A program made the position numbers and the translations under genes. DNA of 64,000 nucleotides, from the IMG/VR virus record IMGVR_UViG_3300025030_000045, one strand, 5' to 3'. Below are positions 19,224 to 28,846 of the stretch, piece by piece. Position 1 is the first letter of the stretch; each line of letters starts with the position of its first letter. The notes under the pieces were generated by a model, which saw only the letters and a list, made by a program, of their open reading frames with translations, was not told the origin of the DNA and did not search any database. This DNA is from a virus.

Positions 19224-19895
19224 ATGCTTGAAAAATTATTCGAGAAAATTTCTGCTGAACTATTGACCGATGATGTCAAACTCGAACTCTCCACGATTTT
19301 TGAAAGTGCAATTAATTCTGCCATTGCCGATAAAGAGCAAAAGCTCGAAGAAGCAAACAAAACAGAGATTGCGGAATTCAAAGCCGAACTCGTGGAAAAA
19401 GTTGATGAGTATCTGACCTATTTTGTCGATGAGTACATGAAAGAAAACAAAGTCGGTATTGCTGAGTCTGTTAAGGTTGAAACTGCTGAGCGCGTTCTTG
19501 GTATTTTCAGTGGCGTAGTCAATGACTTCCACGTTAGCCTTGATGAGAAGGTTGTCGAGGAATCTTCAAAAATTGGTTCGCTTGAAACTACACTCAACAC
19601 TCGTACAGAAGAACTCAGTGAATCTCGTAAAGAAGTTCTGCGTCTCAAATCAGAACGCCTCATTGACGAGAAACTTGCTGGTATTGAAACAGACATGGGT
19701 AAAGAGAAATTCAAGGCACTTGCTGGTACCGTGAAACTTGAAGAAGGCAAAGAAGTTGAATTTGCCGAGAAGTTGAACATTCTTCTTGCCAACGCCATCG
19801 TCACTGTTCCTGCTGTTAAGATCGAAGAGTCAAATGAGGAAGTTCCAGAAACAATCATCCCAGACAGAATGAAGAGTTATATCGACAAACTCTAA
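19224..19895 (+). CDS. gp22: prohead scaffolding protein
   Basis: Glu-rich helical protein with IFESAI and LVEKVDEYLTY..EYMKENK..I; located between gp21 and gp23; RBS aaggag. Confidence 0.88.
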   Translation: MLEKLFEKISAELLTDDVKLELSTIFESAINSAIADKEQKLEEANKTEIAEFKAELVEKVDEYLTYFVDEYMKENKVGIAESVKVETAERVLGIFSGVVNDFHVSLDEKVVEESSKIGSLETTLNTRTEELSESRKEVLRLKSERLIDEKLAGIETDMGKEKFKALAGTVKLEEGKEVEFAEKLNILLANAIVTVPAVKIEESNEEVPETIIPDRMKSYIDKL

Positions 19896-19920
19896 AATCT
19901 GAAACATTTACACCAGGTTT

Positions 19921-19928
19921 TATAAATA
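19921..19928 (+). promoter_or_regulatory. T4-type late promoter TATAAATA
   Basis: Exact consensus upstream of the major capsid gene. Confidence 0.85.
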
Positions 19929-19980
19929 TTTTTAAGAACAACACAAAAACAACATTTCAGTTTAAAGGAGAAACACTGAT

Positions 19981-21447
19981 ATGAATCCACTATTAGAAAA
20001 ATGGGATGGTCTTCTGAAAGCCGAAGGCAAAAAGGCTCCTATTGTTAAAGATATGGAAGCAATGGCCCAAATTCTTGAGAACCAGGAAGGTTACATTACC
20101 GAGACATCTGGTAACGTCGCTGGTGATATGGCACCTTTCTACCCTGTTCTCGTTCCTGCCGTACGTCGTATTTTCCCTCAGCTTCTTGCTAACGAAATCG
20201 TTGGCGTTCAGCCGATGAGTGGTCCTACCGGTTACGCATACGCAATTCGTTATCTTTATGGTTCGGGTGCAAGCGTTACTGGTGCTGATCTTCTTCGCGG
20301 CGACAGTGCAAACGCTCTCGGCTTCAAATCGATGGCGGTTGTTGTTGTGCCGGGTGTTAACGGTACTCCTGGTACCTCTGCTGATAACTTTGGACCGATC
20401 GTTGCTGGTACCCCAGTAGCAATTACCAAATGGGACGGCGTCGATTCGTTTGATGCTTATGCAGGTACTGCTGTTTATGGCGAAAAGGGCAAGTTCCTTT
20501 ACAATCTCAACGGTGCTGCTGCTCTTGCCGTTGGTGATGAAGTCACGATCGGTGGCAAGTCGTACAAAGTTGCTTATACAATCGGTAACGAAGCTGGATT
20601 CAACGTCATCTTCGAGAACTATTCCGGTTCTGTAACAACTGCTGCTGGTGAAGTTCTTGGTTCTGATGGTACTACAAACGAAATGAAGAGCATGAAAATG
20701 CATCTCGAGCGTGTAAGTACCGAAGCTAAGACACGTAAACTAAAAGCCGAGTACACCATGGAACTCGCACAAGACCTTAAGAACGTCCACGGTCTTGATG
20801 CTGAAGGTGAACTCATCAACATCCTTGAGTATGAAATCACTGCTGAAATTGACCGTGAACTCGTTTCCCGTATCAACAACGTAGCAACAAGTGGTCTTGC
20901 TCCTTGGGTTTATGCAATGTCTGCATCTACAATTACCTCGGGTACCAACATTTCCGACGGTCGTTGGGAGCAGGAGAAATTCCGTACCCTGTACACCCGC
21001 ATTGTTAAAGAAGCCAACAACGTCGCTCTTACGACTCGTCGTGGTGCTGCTAACTTCATCGTTGCATCCACCAACGTTGTTACCGCTCTTGAAATGCTTC
21101 CTTCCTTCATGTACTCCGCTGTTCCTGGTACCATTCAGGCAGGCGCAGGTATCGTGAAAGTTGGTACCCTCGATGGCCGTTTCACTGTCTACTGCGACAC
21201 CTTCGCAATGTTTGACTACGTCACCGTCGGTTACAAAGGTGGTTCATCGTTCGATACCGGTATCATCTACTGCCCGTACATTCCGTTGATGATCCAGAAG
21301 GTCGTTGATCCTAACACCTTCCAGCCGAAAGTTGGTTTCATGCAACGTTCCGCTATCGTCGAGAATCTCTACGGTGCAAAGAATTATTACAGAACTTTCC
21401 TTGTCGACTTCACCGGATCAACTCTTGCTGGTAAGTCATTGTTCTAA
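19981..21447 (+). CDS. gp23: major capsid protein
   Basis: ILENQE, IVGVQPMSGPTG, AKTRKLKAEYTMELAQDLKNVHGLDAEGEL, YCPYIPL and FQPKVGF motifs. Confidence 0.98.
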   Translation: MNPLLEKWDGLLKAEGKKAPIVKDMEAMAQILENQEGYITETSGNVAGDMAPFYPVLVPAVRRIFPQLLANEIVGVQPMSGPTGYAYAIRYLYGSGASVTGADLLRGDSANALGFKSMAVVVVPGVNGTPGTSADNFGPIVAGTPVAITKWDGVDSFDAYAGTAVYGEKGKFLYNLNGAAALAVGDEVTIGGKSYKVAYTIGNEAGFNVIFENYSGSVTTAAGEVLGSDGTTNEMKSMKMHLERVSTEAKTRKLKAEYTMELAQDLKNVHGLDAEGELINILEYEITAEIDRELVSRINNVATSGLAPWVYAMSASTITSGTNISDGRWEQEKFRTLYTRIVKEANNVALTTRRGAANFIVASTNVVTALEMLPSFMYSAVPGTIQAGAGIVKVGTLDGRFTVYCDTFAMFDYVTVGYKGGSSFDTGIIYCPYIPLMIQKVVDPNTFQPKVGFMQRSAIVENLYGAKNYYRTFLVDFTGSTLAGKSLF

Positions 21448-21471
21448 TCGGTAGATAATAGTTGCATATAC

Positions 21472-21503
21472 AAAAGGGTTGTGATATAATTCACAACCCT
21501 TTT
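21472..21503 (+). terminator. intrinsic terminator after gp23
   Basis: aaaagggttgtga-tataat-tcacaaccctttt followed by a T-rich tract. Confidence 0.85.
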
Positions 21504-21539
21504 ATTTTATTCATTTTCTTTGAAAATTTATTGGGTGCA

Positions 21540-21547
21540 TATAAATA
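21540..21547 (+). promoter_or_regulatory. T4-type late promoter TATAAATA
   Basis: Exact consensus upstream of the endonuclease gene. Confidence 0.7.
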
Positions 21548-21574
21548 AATTTAAAAAGATTGGGATTATTTAGA

Positions 21575-23125
21575 ATGGGTATAGAACTGATTTCCTTTAT
21601 TAGGGAAAATATAAGAAAAGAGGGTGGAAGATTTAACATACACGTTGTTAGAAATACACCCGATTGGTTTAAGAAAAGAGGGGCGACTGATAAACTAAAT
21701 GACATTATGGAATCAACAACATTTCTCGACGATGACGCGAAATTTCCAGAAAGAATTCATTGTATATTAAATGGCATAACATCAAAACCAATATGTGTTA
21801 ATCCCAAATGTAATAATTATGTAAATTATCATCAGGGGGAATATCATAACTATTGTTCTAATAAATGTCATTTATCATCAGACGAAAAGAAGGAAAAAAC
21901 TAAACAAACGGTAATCGAAAAATACGGTGTAACTAATGTAAGTAAATCTCTTGATGTAAGAAAAAAATTATCTGAAGCAAACCAAAGAAATAAAAATAAA
22001 ACATCAAAGAAATCTATCGAAACTTCTTATTATAAATGGAAAGACCATGCAGAAGAAAGATATAATGAATTAGCCATTGAACCTGTTTTTAACGGACCAA
22101 TGAAAAGAGAAGATCGAATTTTTAGATGTCTTGTTTGTAATAACGAATTTAAACAAGATGCCTTTATGCTCAGTAATGGCCTCGGAAAACATGGTCTACG
22201 CTGTCCGCACTGTCATCCAAAACGAGAATCGAAAATAGAATTAAAAATCTGCAATTGGTTGGATGAAATTGGGATAAAGTTTTTAAGAAATGACAGAAAA
22301 ACTTTTGGGTTCGAAGTTGACATATTAATTCCTGATAAGAAATTGTGTATTGAGTTAGACGGTGTACTTTGGCATTCGTTCGGACATAGTAAATATCATT
22401 ATATCAACAATGCCGATAGAGAAGATAATAATGTTCATTTAAGGAAAAAAATTGTGGCGGAGAACGCTGGATATTCTCTGCTACGATTCACTGACATTGA
22501 GATACAAAATCAGAAGAAGTTTGAAATTATCAAATCTATCATTCTCGTCAAGTTATGTATGGCCGAGAAGATTTATGCAAGATGTTGTTCCACCAGGGAA
22601 ATTGATTCGGTAGAGTTAAGTCAATTTCTTGAAGAAAATCATCTGATTGGTAAATTGAATTCTTCGAAGAAATTTGGTCTTTTCTTTAATGATATATTAG
22701 TTCAGGTCATCGGATTTGGAAAACCCAGATTTGCTAAAGATCATGATTGGGAACTATATCGTCTTTGTACTGCAAAGAATACATTGGTTGTTGGAGGATT
22801 TTCAAAGCTTCTTAAATATGCAACCAATAATGGGGTTCGAGGAAAAATAAACAGCTTCGTGGATCGGAGATTTTCGGAGGGTTGTGGATATGAAAGTGTT
22901 GGGTTTGAAAGAATTCGTTCTACCCCGCCTAATTATTTTTATTGGCACCAGAAAGACGGTTCTGTTGTAAAGAGATACGAAGCACAGAAACATAAGCTCC
23001 AAAAATTATTAGGAAACGAATTTGACCCTAATAAAACAGAAACTGATAATATGTATGATGTTGGTTTTAGAAAATTTTATGATTGCGGGAATTGGGTTTA
23101 CTCTTTAGAACTCAATTGGGATTAA
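21575..23125 (+). CDS. free-standing homing endonuclease (Hef-like / Vsr-DUF559 type)
   Basis: Zn-binding CxxxxC/YCSxKC, TVIEKYGV and CPHC motifs; ESKIE..I..WL; EVDILIPDKKLCIELDGVLWHS; C-terminal KIYAR..FLEENHL..WELYRLC..VVGGFSKLL..YDCG domain. Confidence 0.88.
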   Translation: MGIELISFIRENIRKEGGRFNIHVVRNTPDWFKKRGATDKLNDIMESTTFLDDDAKFPERIHCILNGITSKPICVNPKCNNYVNYHQGEYHNYCSNKCHLSSDEKKEKTKQTVIEKYGVTNVSKSLDVRKKLSEANQRNKNKTSKKSIETSYYKWKDHAEERYNELAIEPVFNGPMKREDRIFRCLVCNNEFKQDAFMLSNGLGKHGLRCPHCHPKRESKIELKICNWLDEIGIKFLRNDRKTFGFEVDILIPDKKLCIELDGVLWHSFGHSKYHYINNADREDNNVHLRKKIVAENAGYSLLRFTDIEIQNQKKFEIIKSIILVKLCMAEKIYARCCSTREIDSVELSQFLEENHLIGKLNSSKKFGLFFNDILVQVIGFGKPRFAKDHDWELYRLCTAKNTLVVGGFSKLLKYATNNGVRGKINSFVDRRFSEGCGYESVGFERIRSTPPNYFYWHQKDGSVVKRYEAQKHKLQKLLGNEFDPNKTETDNMYDVGFRKFYDCGNWVYSLELNWD

Positions 23126-23128
23126 ATC

Positions 23129-23163
23129 AAAGGCCTACCGATTCATTTCGGTGGGCCTTTTTC
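23129..23163 (+). terminator. intrinsic terminator
   Basis: aaaggcctaccga-ttcatt-tcggtgggccttt followed by a T-tract. Confidence 0.8.
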
Positions 23164-23200
23164 TTTCTCTAAAAAATAATCATCTATATGAAAAAAGTTA

Positions 23201-23229
23201 TTGACAACGATTTCTTTATTTGTTATTGT
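23201..23229 (+). promoter_or_regulatory. sigma70-type early promoter
   Basis: TTGACA-17 nt-TATTGT with extended TG and an A-rich upstream element. Confidence 0.75.
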
Positions 23230-23252
23230 TTACTCAACGAATGGAGGTAAAC

Positions 23253-23627
23253 ATGAAAATCACTTTGAAATTTGCTTGCGGTTGTACTGAATTTGTGGAA
23301 TCGCATATCGGTTCTGGTGAATTAGAAGTCAAACATATATGTGCAACCTGCGCTCTTCGTAACATGGAAAGAGAAATTCTTGCCAAAAGAATTTCTGCCT
23401 TTCTTGAAAAATATGGGAAGAGAGATCGTAGCGCCCCCGAATTTTGGAATTCTCCCGATGGTGCTGAAATGGAAATGGCAGCAGGCATTCTTGCCCGCGC
23501 TAAAAATCCTTCACGAGTTCCTTGGTCTGATTGGGGTTCTGGCGGATATGGACCTTATACTTCAGTTGAAGGAAGAACCGAACACGCGGAACTGCTTCGT
23601 TTGATAAAAGAAGTTATCTCTAAATAA
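23253..23627 (+). CDS. early hypothetical protein
   Basis: ATG after RBS ggaggt; CGC...CATC Zn-like N-terminus. Confidence 0.7.
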   Translation: MKITLKFACGCTEFVESHIGSGELEVKHICATCALRNMEREILAKRISAFLEKYGKRDRSAPEFWNSPDGAEMEMAAGILARAKNPSRVPWSDWGSGGYGPYTSVEGRTEHAELLRLIKEVISK

Positions 23628-23629
23628 GG

Positions 23630-23878
23630 ATGCTGATCATGGAAGCAACAAAGGCACAACTCGAAAGACTCAATAGAGATCTTAAGGTTATGGCAAAAGG
23701 AGAAGAGATTGCCGTTGAAGAGATCGGCGGCACGTTCTATGCCTTCGGTTCTGAACTCGCGACACTTCGTATCTTTGCAAAATATAACAGCGGCGGTTGT
23801 GTTTACAATGATCGTATCCGGTGTGGATATAGCGAAAACCTCAAAAAATTCTTCGTCTCAATCGAGCCGGCATTCTAA
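23630..23878 (+). CDS. early hypothetical protein
   Basis: Tandem ORF in the early island. Confidence 0.65.
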   Translation: MLIMEATKAQLERLNRDLKVMAKGEEIAVEEIGGTFYAFGSELATLRIFAKYNSGGCVYNDRIRCGYSENLKKFFVSIEPAF

Positions 23879-23890
23879 GGAGAAATCATC

Positions 23891-24157
23891 ATGGCTGACA
23901 CGACAAATGACAAACTCGACGGTGCTATGCGCAATTTAGAACGTGAATTGATTGAACAAGGTATTCCTGTTAATGTTGCCCTTAAATTCCAGGAATCGTG
24001 TCGGCGGATGCAAGAGGCCGTGGCTGCTGCACAAGCAGAGGCTGATTTGTTAATAAAGAATTTGGTGCAAGATGGGATGCCAAGAACAGAAGGCAATAAC
24101 CTTCGGGGATATGCAAATCACGCCATAAAGAACTATTATCTTGACGGGCTTGGTTGA
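23891..24157 (+). CDS. early hypothetical protein
   Basis: RBS aaggag; helical sequence. Confidence 0.7.
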   Translation: MADTTNDKLDGAMRNLERELIEQGIPVNVALKFQESCRRMQEAVAAAQAEADLLIKNLVQDGMPRTEGNNLRGYANHAIKNYYLDGLG

Positions 24158-24200
24158 TTGATGATTCCACTAGACAAGCTAGAATGATCTAGAAAGACCG

Positions 24201-24235
24201 ACGGCCCAATTGGACATACAATCCAATTGGGCCGT
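24201..24235. terminator. perfect 14-bp hairpin between convergent transcription units
   Basis: acggcccaattgga-catacaa-tccaattgggccgt. Confidence 0.7.
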
Positions 24236-24268
24236 TTAGCGTCATGTTTAAAGGAAAGAATTTTTCTA

Positions 24269-24297
24269 TTGACATAATGACGAATTGCTGTTATAAT
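24269..24297 (+). promoter_or_regulatory. consensus sigma70 promoter oriented antisense to the baseplate operon
   Basis: TTGACA-17 nt-TATAAT with extended -10 TG. Confidence 0.75.
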
Positions 24298-24334
24298 AGA
24301 ACCATGTTCGCCGCGAGAAAACAATATAGAGGGT

Positions 24335-25360
24335 CTAAGCGGTAACACCACCCACCCCAGGAACATTCTTTAAACGAATAATTCCAGCAGCATATGTGTT
24401 AGCAACCTTCGTTCGAGTCTTAAAGTTTGTTCTGTTGTTTGCTCCGTCTTTAAATGCAATATGAATCCAGGGTCTATTCCCACCCCACTCTAAAATGAGT
24501 TCGCACCATTCGAAAGTATTCTTCATTTCAACACATCTCTGATAATACTGCTCATCTGATAAACCCGGCCACTGAAGATCAACTGCACATCCTTTATTAT
24601 GCCAAGATGACCCAGCACCATGTCGGAAGCCGGAGTTGATTGTTGGTCGGCCATAAAGTATGATGAGCTTCTCGAGAACATTCTCGCTAAGATTCTTAAG
24701 GTTACATGCAATCTCATGGGTAGTCAAACCAACCTGATTCTTGAGAACATAGTTACTAACAGCACACCCGGTTGTTAAATGTTTAACCTTAAAATTTGTC
24801 GTTAATGAATAATCACCAGTGATGACTTCAGGAAACATTCCACAACTTGAAGGAATAGTTTCTTCTATAGGTTCTCGTTCTTCAACATCTTCCTTTATCG
24901 GTGTAGAATCTACAAGTTGATTAGCAGCTATGTCGATGCCAGCACTTACAAAAATAATCTCCTGTGTCGGTGTTAACGGCTCTGAACTATCTTCGTTGAT
25001 CGTTGCGGCAAATTCTCTCAAGGTTACGCCGGGTTGAACATTCGGTGCGACACCACCTTCTCCAGCAAAAACATTATCCGAGGATGACACAATAGTTCCG
25101 ACAGGACAGCCAACAACAGAATCACCGAGACGAGCGGTTGGTGAACCTTCAGTTATGACGATATTCGATCCCGTGACAATTGTTGTTGGATGACCACAAT
25201 CACAAATAGCAATGTCGCCAATTCTAGCGACAGACGAACTATTTGCATTAACCGTAGCAGCACCACTTATAATCGTCCCCATTGTAGGAATGCATGGAAT
25301 TGGTGGGTGGCAACAACAGATGCAAGACACCATATCTCCGATTCTCGCAACACCCGGCAT
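24335..25360 (-). CDS. PAAR spike-tip protein (gp5.4-like) fused to a peptidase M15-family peptidoglycan hydrolase
   Basis: Three PAAR repeats (VARIGD, VARIGD, TARLGD) with CGH; acidic linker; then INSGFR, SWHNKGCAVDL and WIHIAF Zn-peptidase motifs. Confidence 0.88.
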   Translation of the reverse strand: MPGVARIGDMVSCICCCHPPIPCIPTMGTIISGAATVNANSSSVARIGDIAICDCGHPTTIVTGSNIVITEGSPTARLGDSVVGCPVGTIVSSSDNVFAGEGGVAPNVQPGVTLREFAATINEDSSEPLTPTQEIIFVSAGIDIAANQLVDSTPIKEDVEEREPIEETIPSSCGMFPEVITGDYSLTTNFKVKHLTTGCAVSNYVLKNQVGLTTHEIACNLKNLSENVLEKLIILYGRPTINSGFRHGAGSSWHNKGCAVDLQWPGLSDEQYYQRCVEMKNTFEWCELILEWGGNRPWIHIAFKDGANNRTNFKTRTKVANTYAAGIIRLKNVPGVGGVTA

Positions 25361-26163
25361 TATGAATTTACTCCTTCGATTACTAACTCATAGAAGTCAA
25401 GAATGTCCTGCAACTTATATGTAGTGAGAATCATTTCTTTTTGTGTCATTGGATTTATTATCATCTTCGGTTGGGCGTATGTTTGAAACAGCATTCTATC
25501 TCTGAGAGCGGGGGCAATAGAATCACGAAATTCAACCCACATACCAGCATCAACCGTAGCCTTTGCTGGAATAGCAGCAATAGCAGTAGTGAAGACTATA
25601 TTTTGACTCATAGTACCCATGTCTGTTGGATAAGAATTACCCGTCCATATGCCATCTCCCCCCTCGCATGTATTCTTATCAAGGAATTCTGGAAGACTAC
25701 AATAACCAAATTCTTCAGAAATATCAACACTACCTTCTAACGTAAACATCGTTGTGAAATCTGGTAAATCATAACTCCATGCCGCATTTAGTCCTGTTAG
25801 ATTCTGTGGGGTAAGCGATGAAAATATATCTGCAACTCTATCACCAACTGGGTCGGGAATTACGTCACCGTCAATGTTCGTGATGGCCAGCTGCATTCTC
25901 TTCATAGATGCATAAGAGAAAAGTGGTAATAGAGTTCCTTTAATAGCACTATCATCAAAATCATTTATGTAAGTTTCGCAAGCAGTTTCAAACGAATCGA
26001 GCCACTGATTCACGGTTGCTTTTAAGACGGTTGCATTAGAATATGCCGGACCAGGATTGTAGTTGTTATTCTCTATCCACAAAAGATTTTGTGAATTATC
26101 AATCGCCGTTTCCCAGTACTCTCTTGCTTCAGCAGACCAAGTTAAATAATCTTTTAGTTTCAT
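25360..26163 (-). CDS. hypothetical baseplate-region protein
   Basis: 267-aa ORF coupled (TAATG) to the PAAR gene. Confidence 0.75.
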   Translation of the reverse strand: MKLKDYLTWSAEAREYWETAIDNSQNLLWIENNNYNPGPAYSNATVLKATVNQWLDSFETACETYINDFDDSAIKGTLLPLFSYASMKRMQLAITNIDGDVIPDPVGDRVADIFSSLTPQNLTGLNAAWSYDLPDFTTMFTLEGSVDISEEFGYCSLPEFLDKNTCEGGDGIWTGNSYPTDMGTMSQNIVFTTAIAAIPAKATVDAGMWVEFRDSIAPALRDRMLFQTYAQPKMIINPMTQKEMILTTYKLQDILDFYELVIEGVNS

Positions 26164-26175
26164 TTATTTCATCCT

Positions 26176-26691
26176 TTATGTATTAAGATTAATTACAGCT
26201 GCTGTAACATTTGCAGTGCCAGCGGCAGTGACATCGATATTTCCACCGGCCTCAAGCTTTACATTACCAGTGACGGTTACAATCAGACTGCCTTTAATAA
26301 TTTCATCATGATTTCCGTCAACTTCAAATTTCATGTCACCATGAACAAACTCTAAATGATCACCTTTTATTTCAATATTCCAATTTTTATTATGTAATGA
26401 AATACGATCACCGGTTATCTTTTCGGTCATGTCATTTTTATCTATATTTATGTAAGTTCCGTTTGGGTGAAGTATAAAAATTCTTTCGTTTCCAGGAGTC
26501 TCGTCAAAGAATATTACATGACCGGCCTTAGTTTCCTTGATGACATGTACCTTACTATATTGCCCCCTTTCGGTTGTAAGCGCCTTCTCTGGAATTTTTC
26601 CACCAGCCGTATTCTTCGTGATTCTCGAATCGGGTGTATTGGCAGGAGCAGCCTTAGCAACGTACCCACCACTACCGTTTGGTACATTCAT
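26176..26691 (-). CDS. central spike, C-terminal beta-helix part (gp5C-like)
   Basis: YSKVHVIKETKAGHVIFFDETPGNERIFILHPNGT motif followed by 8-aa xxxVxGN beta-helix repeats ending INLN. Confidence 0.85.
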   Translation of the reverse strand: MNVPNGSGGYVAKAAPANTPDSRITKNTAGGKIPEKALTTERGQYSKVHVIKETKAGHVIFFDETPGNERIFILHPNGTYINIDKNDMTEKITGDRISLHNKNWNIEIKGDHLEFVHGDMKFEVDGNHDEIIKGSLIVTVTGNVKLEAGGNIDVTAAGTANVTAAVINLNT

Positions 26692-27068
26692 TTGTGCGTA
26701 TGTTGAGACGAAGGCTTCACCCGGTTGAGAGTCTTGAGTGATCCCCTCACAACAGATGAACCAGCAAGATCATTCATTGATCTTATGACGCCAAACCAAA
26801 TGATTACCATAGGGTCTTCTGGGTCAGGAAACATACAGTAAACATATTCGCCTACATCAGGAACGCTGCCGCTTGATCCGCTATCAGAAGGAATTCGGTG
26901 TGACCATACGCCATTGTCACTCGTGACGTTTGTCATACTATGAACACCAAGAACCCTAAGTAAAAGTCTTTCGGCACCTTTTGGGTCTTGATTATCAACA
27001 ACCAATGCAATCTTCATTCCGGTAAGTGTTACGTCTGATGCCTTTGGATCAAATTCTTGACTAAACAT
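26688..27068 (-). CDS. central spike, N-terminal OB-fold part (gp5N-like)
   Basis: ALVVDNQDPKGAERLLLRVLGVH, VW and VPDVGEYVYCMF..DPM..IWFG OB-fold motifs. Confidence 0.82.
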   Translation of the reverse strand: MFSQEFDPKASDVTLTGMKIALVVDNQDPKGAERLLLRVLGVHSMTNVTSDNGVWSHRIPSDSGSSGSVPDVGEYVYCMFPDPEDPMVIIWFGVIRSMNDLAGSSVVRGSLKTLNRVKPSSQHTHK

Positions 27069-27071
27069 TAT

Positions 27072-28310
27072 TTACCACTCCATCAGGTCTGTGCGTTTCA
27101 TTTGTTTATATCCGTCAGAACATAAGGTAATTGCCTGAGCATAATCGCCAAACATGAAGACATGTCTGATGTCCCTTATTAGATAATTCCCATCAAACTG
27201 CATATCTTTTTTGGTTGGGTCAAGCTTATAGTCAACCGAAGGAAAGTTGAGTTTGACAATCTGACCGGCTCTCCTCAATGTTGAACCCGGTGCGCCGAGG
27301 TTAATCTTGAATACATCAGAAAAAAGATGTGAGTATCTTGTTCTCAAATGACCAACGAGCAACTCTTCAAGTTCTTTTGAATGTCTCTTTTGGAATGCAC
27401 TATTGATTGATTTCCACATGAACTTCGTTGAAGAATATTTATCGCTCTCGAAGTCTTTTAACATTGGAAAGTAATTACCCAGATGTTCGTGCTTGTATTG
27501 TGTAATGCTTTCATTTGTTGCGATGATCTTGTTGCTGTCGAAATCAAATCCTATGAGGTTTGTTTTTCCCATCCCTTGGTTGGCAAATCTTATCGTGTCA
27601 AAATTTGATTCTAAGGTTAGTTTATTTGTGTTACCCTCATAGACTTGGTTTACGGCATTGAAAGTAATTTCTGATGTGTTATATCCAAGGTCTCCTGCGA
27701 GAAGCTTATTAATCGTTGTGCATATAACTGTGTCAGAGATGATGTCGGTGAACAAAAGATATCCACCGTGACCTTGTGTATCCATCGCGAACTTCATAAG
27801 ATGCCTTATAGAATGCATCGGAGTCCACAATGGAGTAACAAATCTTTCAAGCCGTTGTGATGTTGGTTCGACATAATTTGTCGCCCCGCACTCTTTGAGT
27901 AAATCATCGATTATTTCACTAACACTCTTATTAATATAAGGCTTTGATAATTGGCGAGTAAATGCATCTATGTACCAAGATGAACAGAAATGGAGTTTTG
28001 TTGTTTTATATGTCTGATCACTATACACCTGATCGCCATAAGAACCAAAAACCTTCAAGATAATGTTAATCGGTTTCGTATCAGGAGAAGACCATGAAAT
28101 TTCAACATCATCTCCGGCAAAGATTTCCCCAAGTTCCTTTGCCCCCTGCCAGTCTTTGATCACAACACAACCGGTGATTCCGGGCATCACTATGCTCTCG
28201 AAAATATCAAGCTGAATTATAACACTTGGGTCAATATCGAAACCCCGAATTTTAAATGTATTGAGTGTAAAGTTTGAAGTTTGCTTTACATCAGGGACTT
28301 CTTCTATCAT
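27072..28310 (-). CDS. gp27: baseplate hub protein (gp27-like)
   Basis: IFESIVMPGITG N-terminus; PGSTLRRAGQIV..FDGNYLIRDIRH C-terminus; adjacent to the spike genes. Confidence 0.7.
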   Translation of the reverse strand: MIEEVPDVKQTSNFTLNTFKIRGFDIDPSVIIQLDIFESIVMPGITGCVVIKDWQGAKELGEIFAGDDVEISWSSPDTKPINIILKVFGSYGDQVYSDQTYKTTKLHFCSSWYIDAFTRQLSKPYINKSVSEIIDDLLKECGATNYVEPTSQRLERFVTPLWTPMHSIRHLMKFAMDTQGHGGYLLFTDIISDTVICTTINKLLAGDLGYNTSEITFNAVNQVYEGNTNKLTLESNFDTIRFANQGMGKTNLIGFDFDSNKIIATNESITQYKHEHLGNYFPMLKDFESDKYSSTKFMWKSINSAFQKRHSKELEELLVGHLRTRYSHLFSDVFKINLGAPGSTLRRAGQIVKLNFPSVDYKLDPTKKDMQFDGNYLIRDIRHVFMFGDYAQAITLCSDGYKQMKRTDLMEW

Positions 28311-28313
28311 TTA

Positions 28314-28844
28314 TTATTTCCTTTTCTCTTTAATAATTTCAGACCGAAACGCCCACACTATGTTTGATAACATTTCTTTTTTTGGAATAATGATGTTTCT
28401 TCTTTTCTCGTTTTCATCGAAGATAAGATTATAATAAACATCTTTTGGGAATCGACGTTCCGATGTAGATAAAGTGTCGGCGAGATTGATAATCTGTGAT
28501 TCAGTTAGCGGCCAATCGAAAAAAGGATTTTTAATTTCGTTGAAGATATAAATGATCCACCAATAATCAACGGTGTCATAGAATTTATAAGAAACAGTCT
28601 CAACCCGTTCTCCATCGACGATATCATAATTATTAAATGTGCTGATGTCATTTTTGAAATTATTAATGATTTTGAATTGCTCAAAAAGATTCTTGACTTT
28701 AACGATAACCGGTTGTGTGTTATCAAATTTAAGTTCATATTCGTCGGTAGAGAAATAAGACAATAATCTACTGAGATCAATTTCCATGTCGGAGAATTGT
28801 TCAAAGTAACTGAAGTTTTCATATCCTCTTGTTACGTTATTCAT
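28314..28844 (-). CDS. gp53: baseplate wedge protein (LysM-like)
   Basis: YDIVDGERVETVSYKFYDTVDYWWIIYIFNEIKNPFFDWPL and ENEKRRNIIIPK motifs. Confidence 0.9.
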   Translation of the reverse strand: MNNVTRGYENFSYFEQFSDMEIDLSRLLSYFSTDEYELKFDNTQPVIVKVKNLFEQFKIINNFKNDISTFNNYDIVDGERVETVSYKFYDTVDYWWIIYIFNEIKNPFFDWPLTESQIINLADTLSTSERRFPKDVYYNLIFDENEKRRNIIIPKKEMLSNIVWAFRSEIIKEKRK

Positions 28845-28846
28845 GA

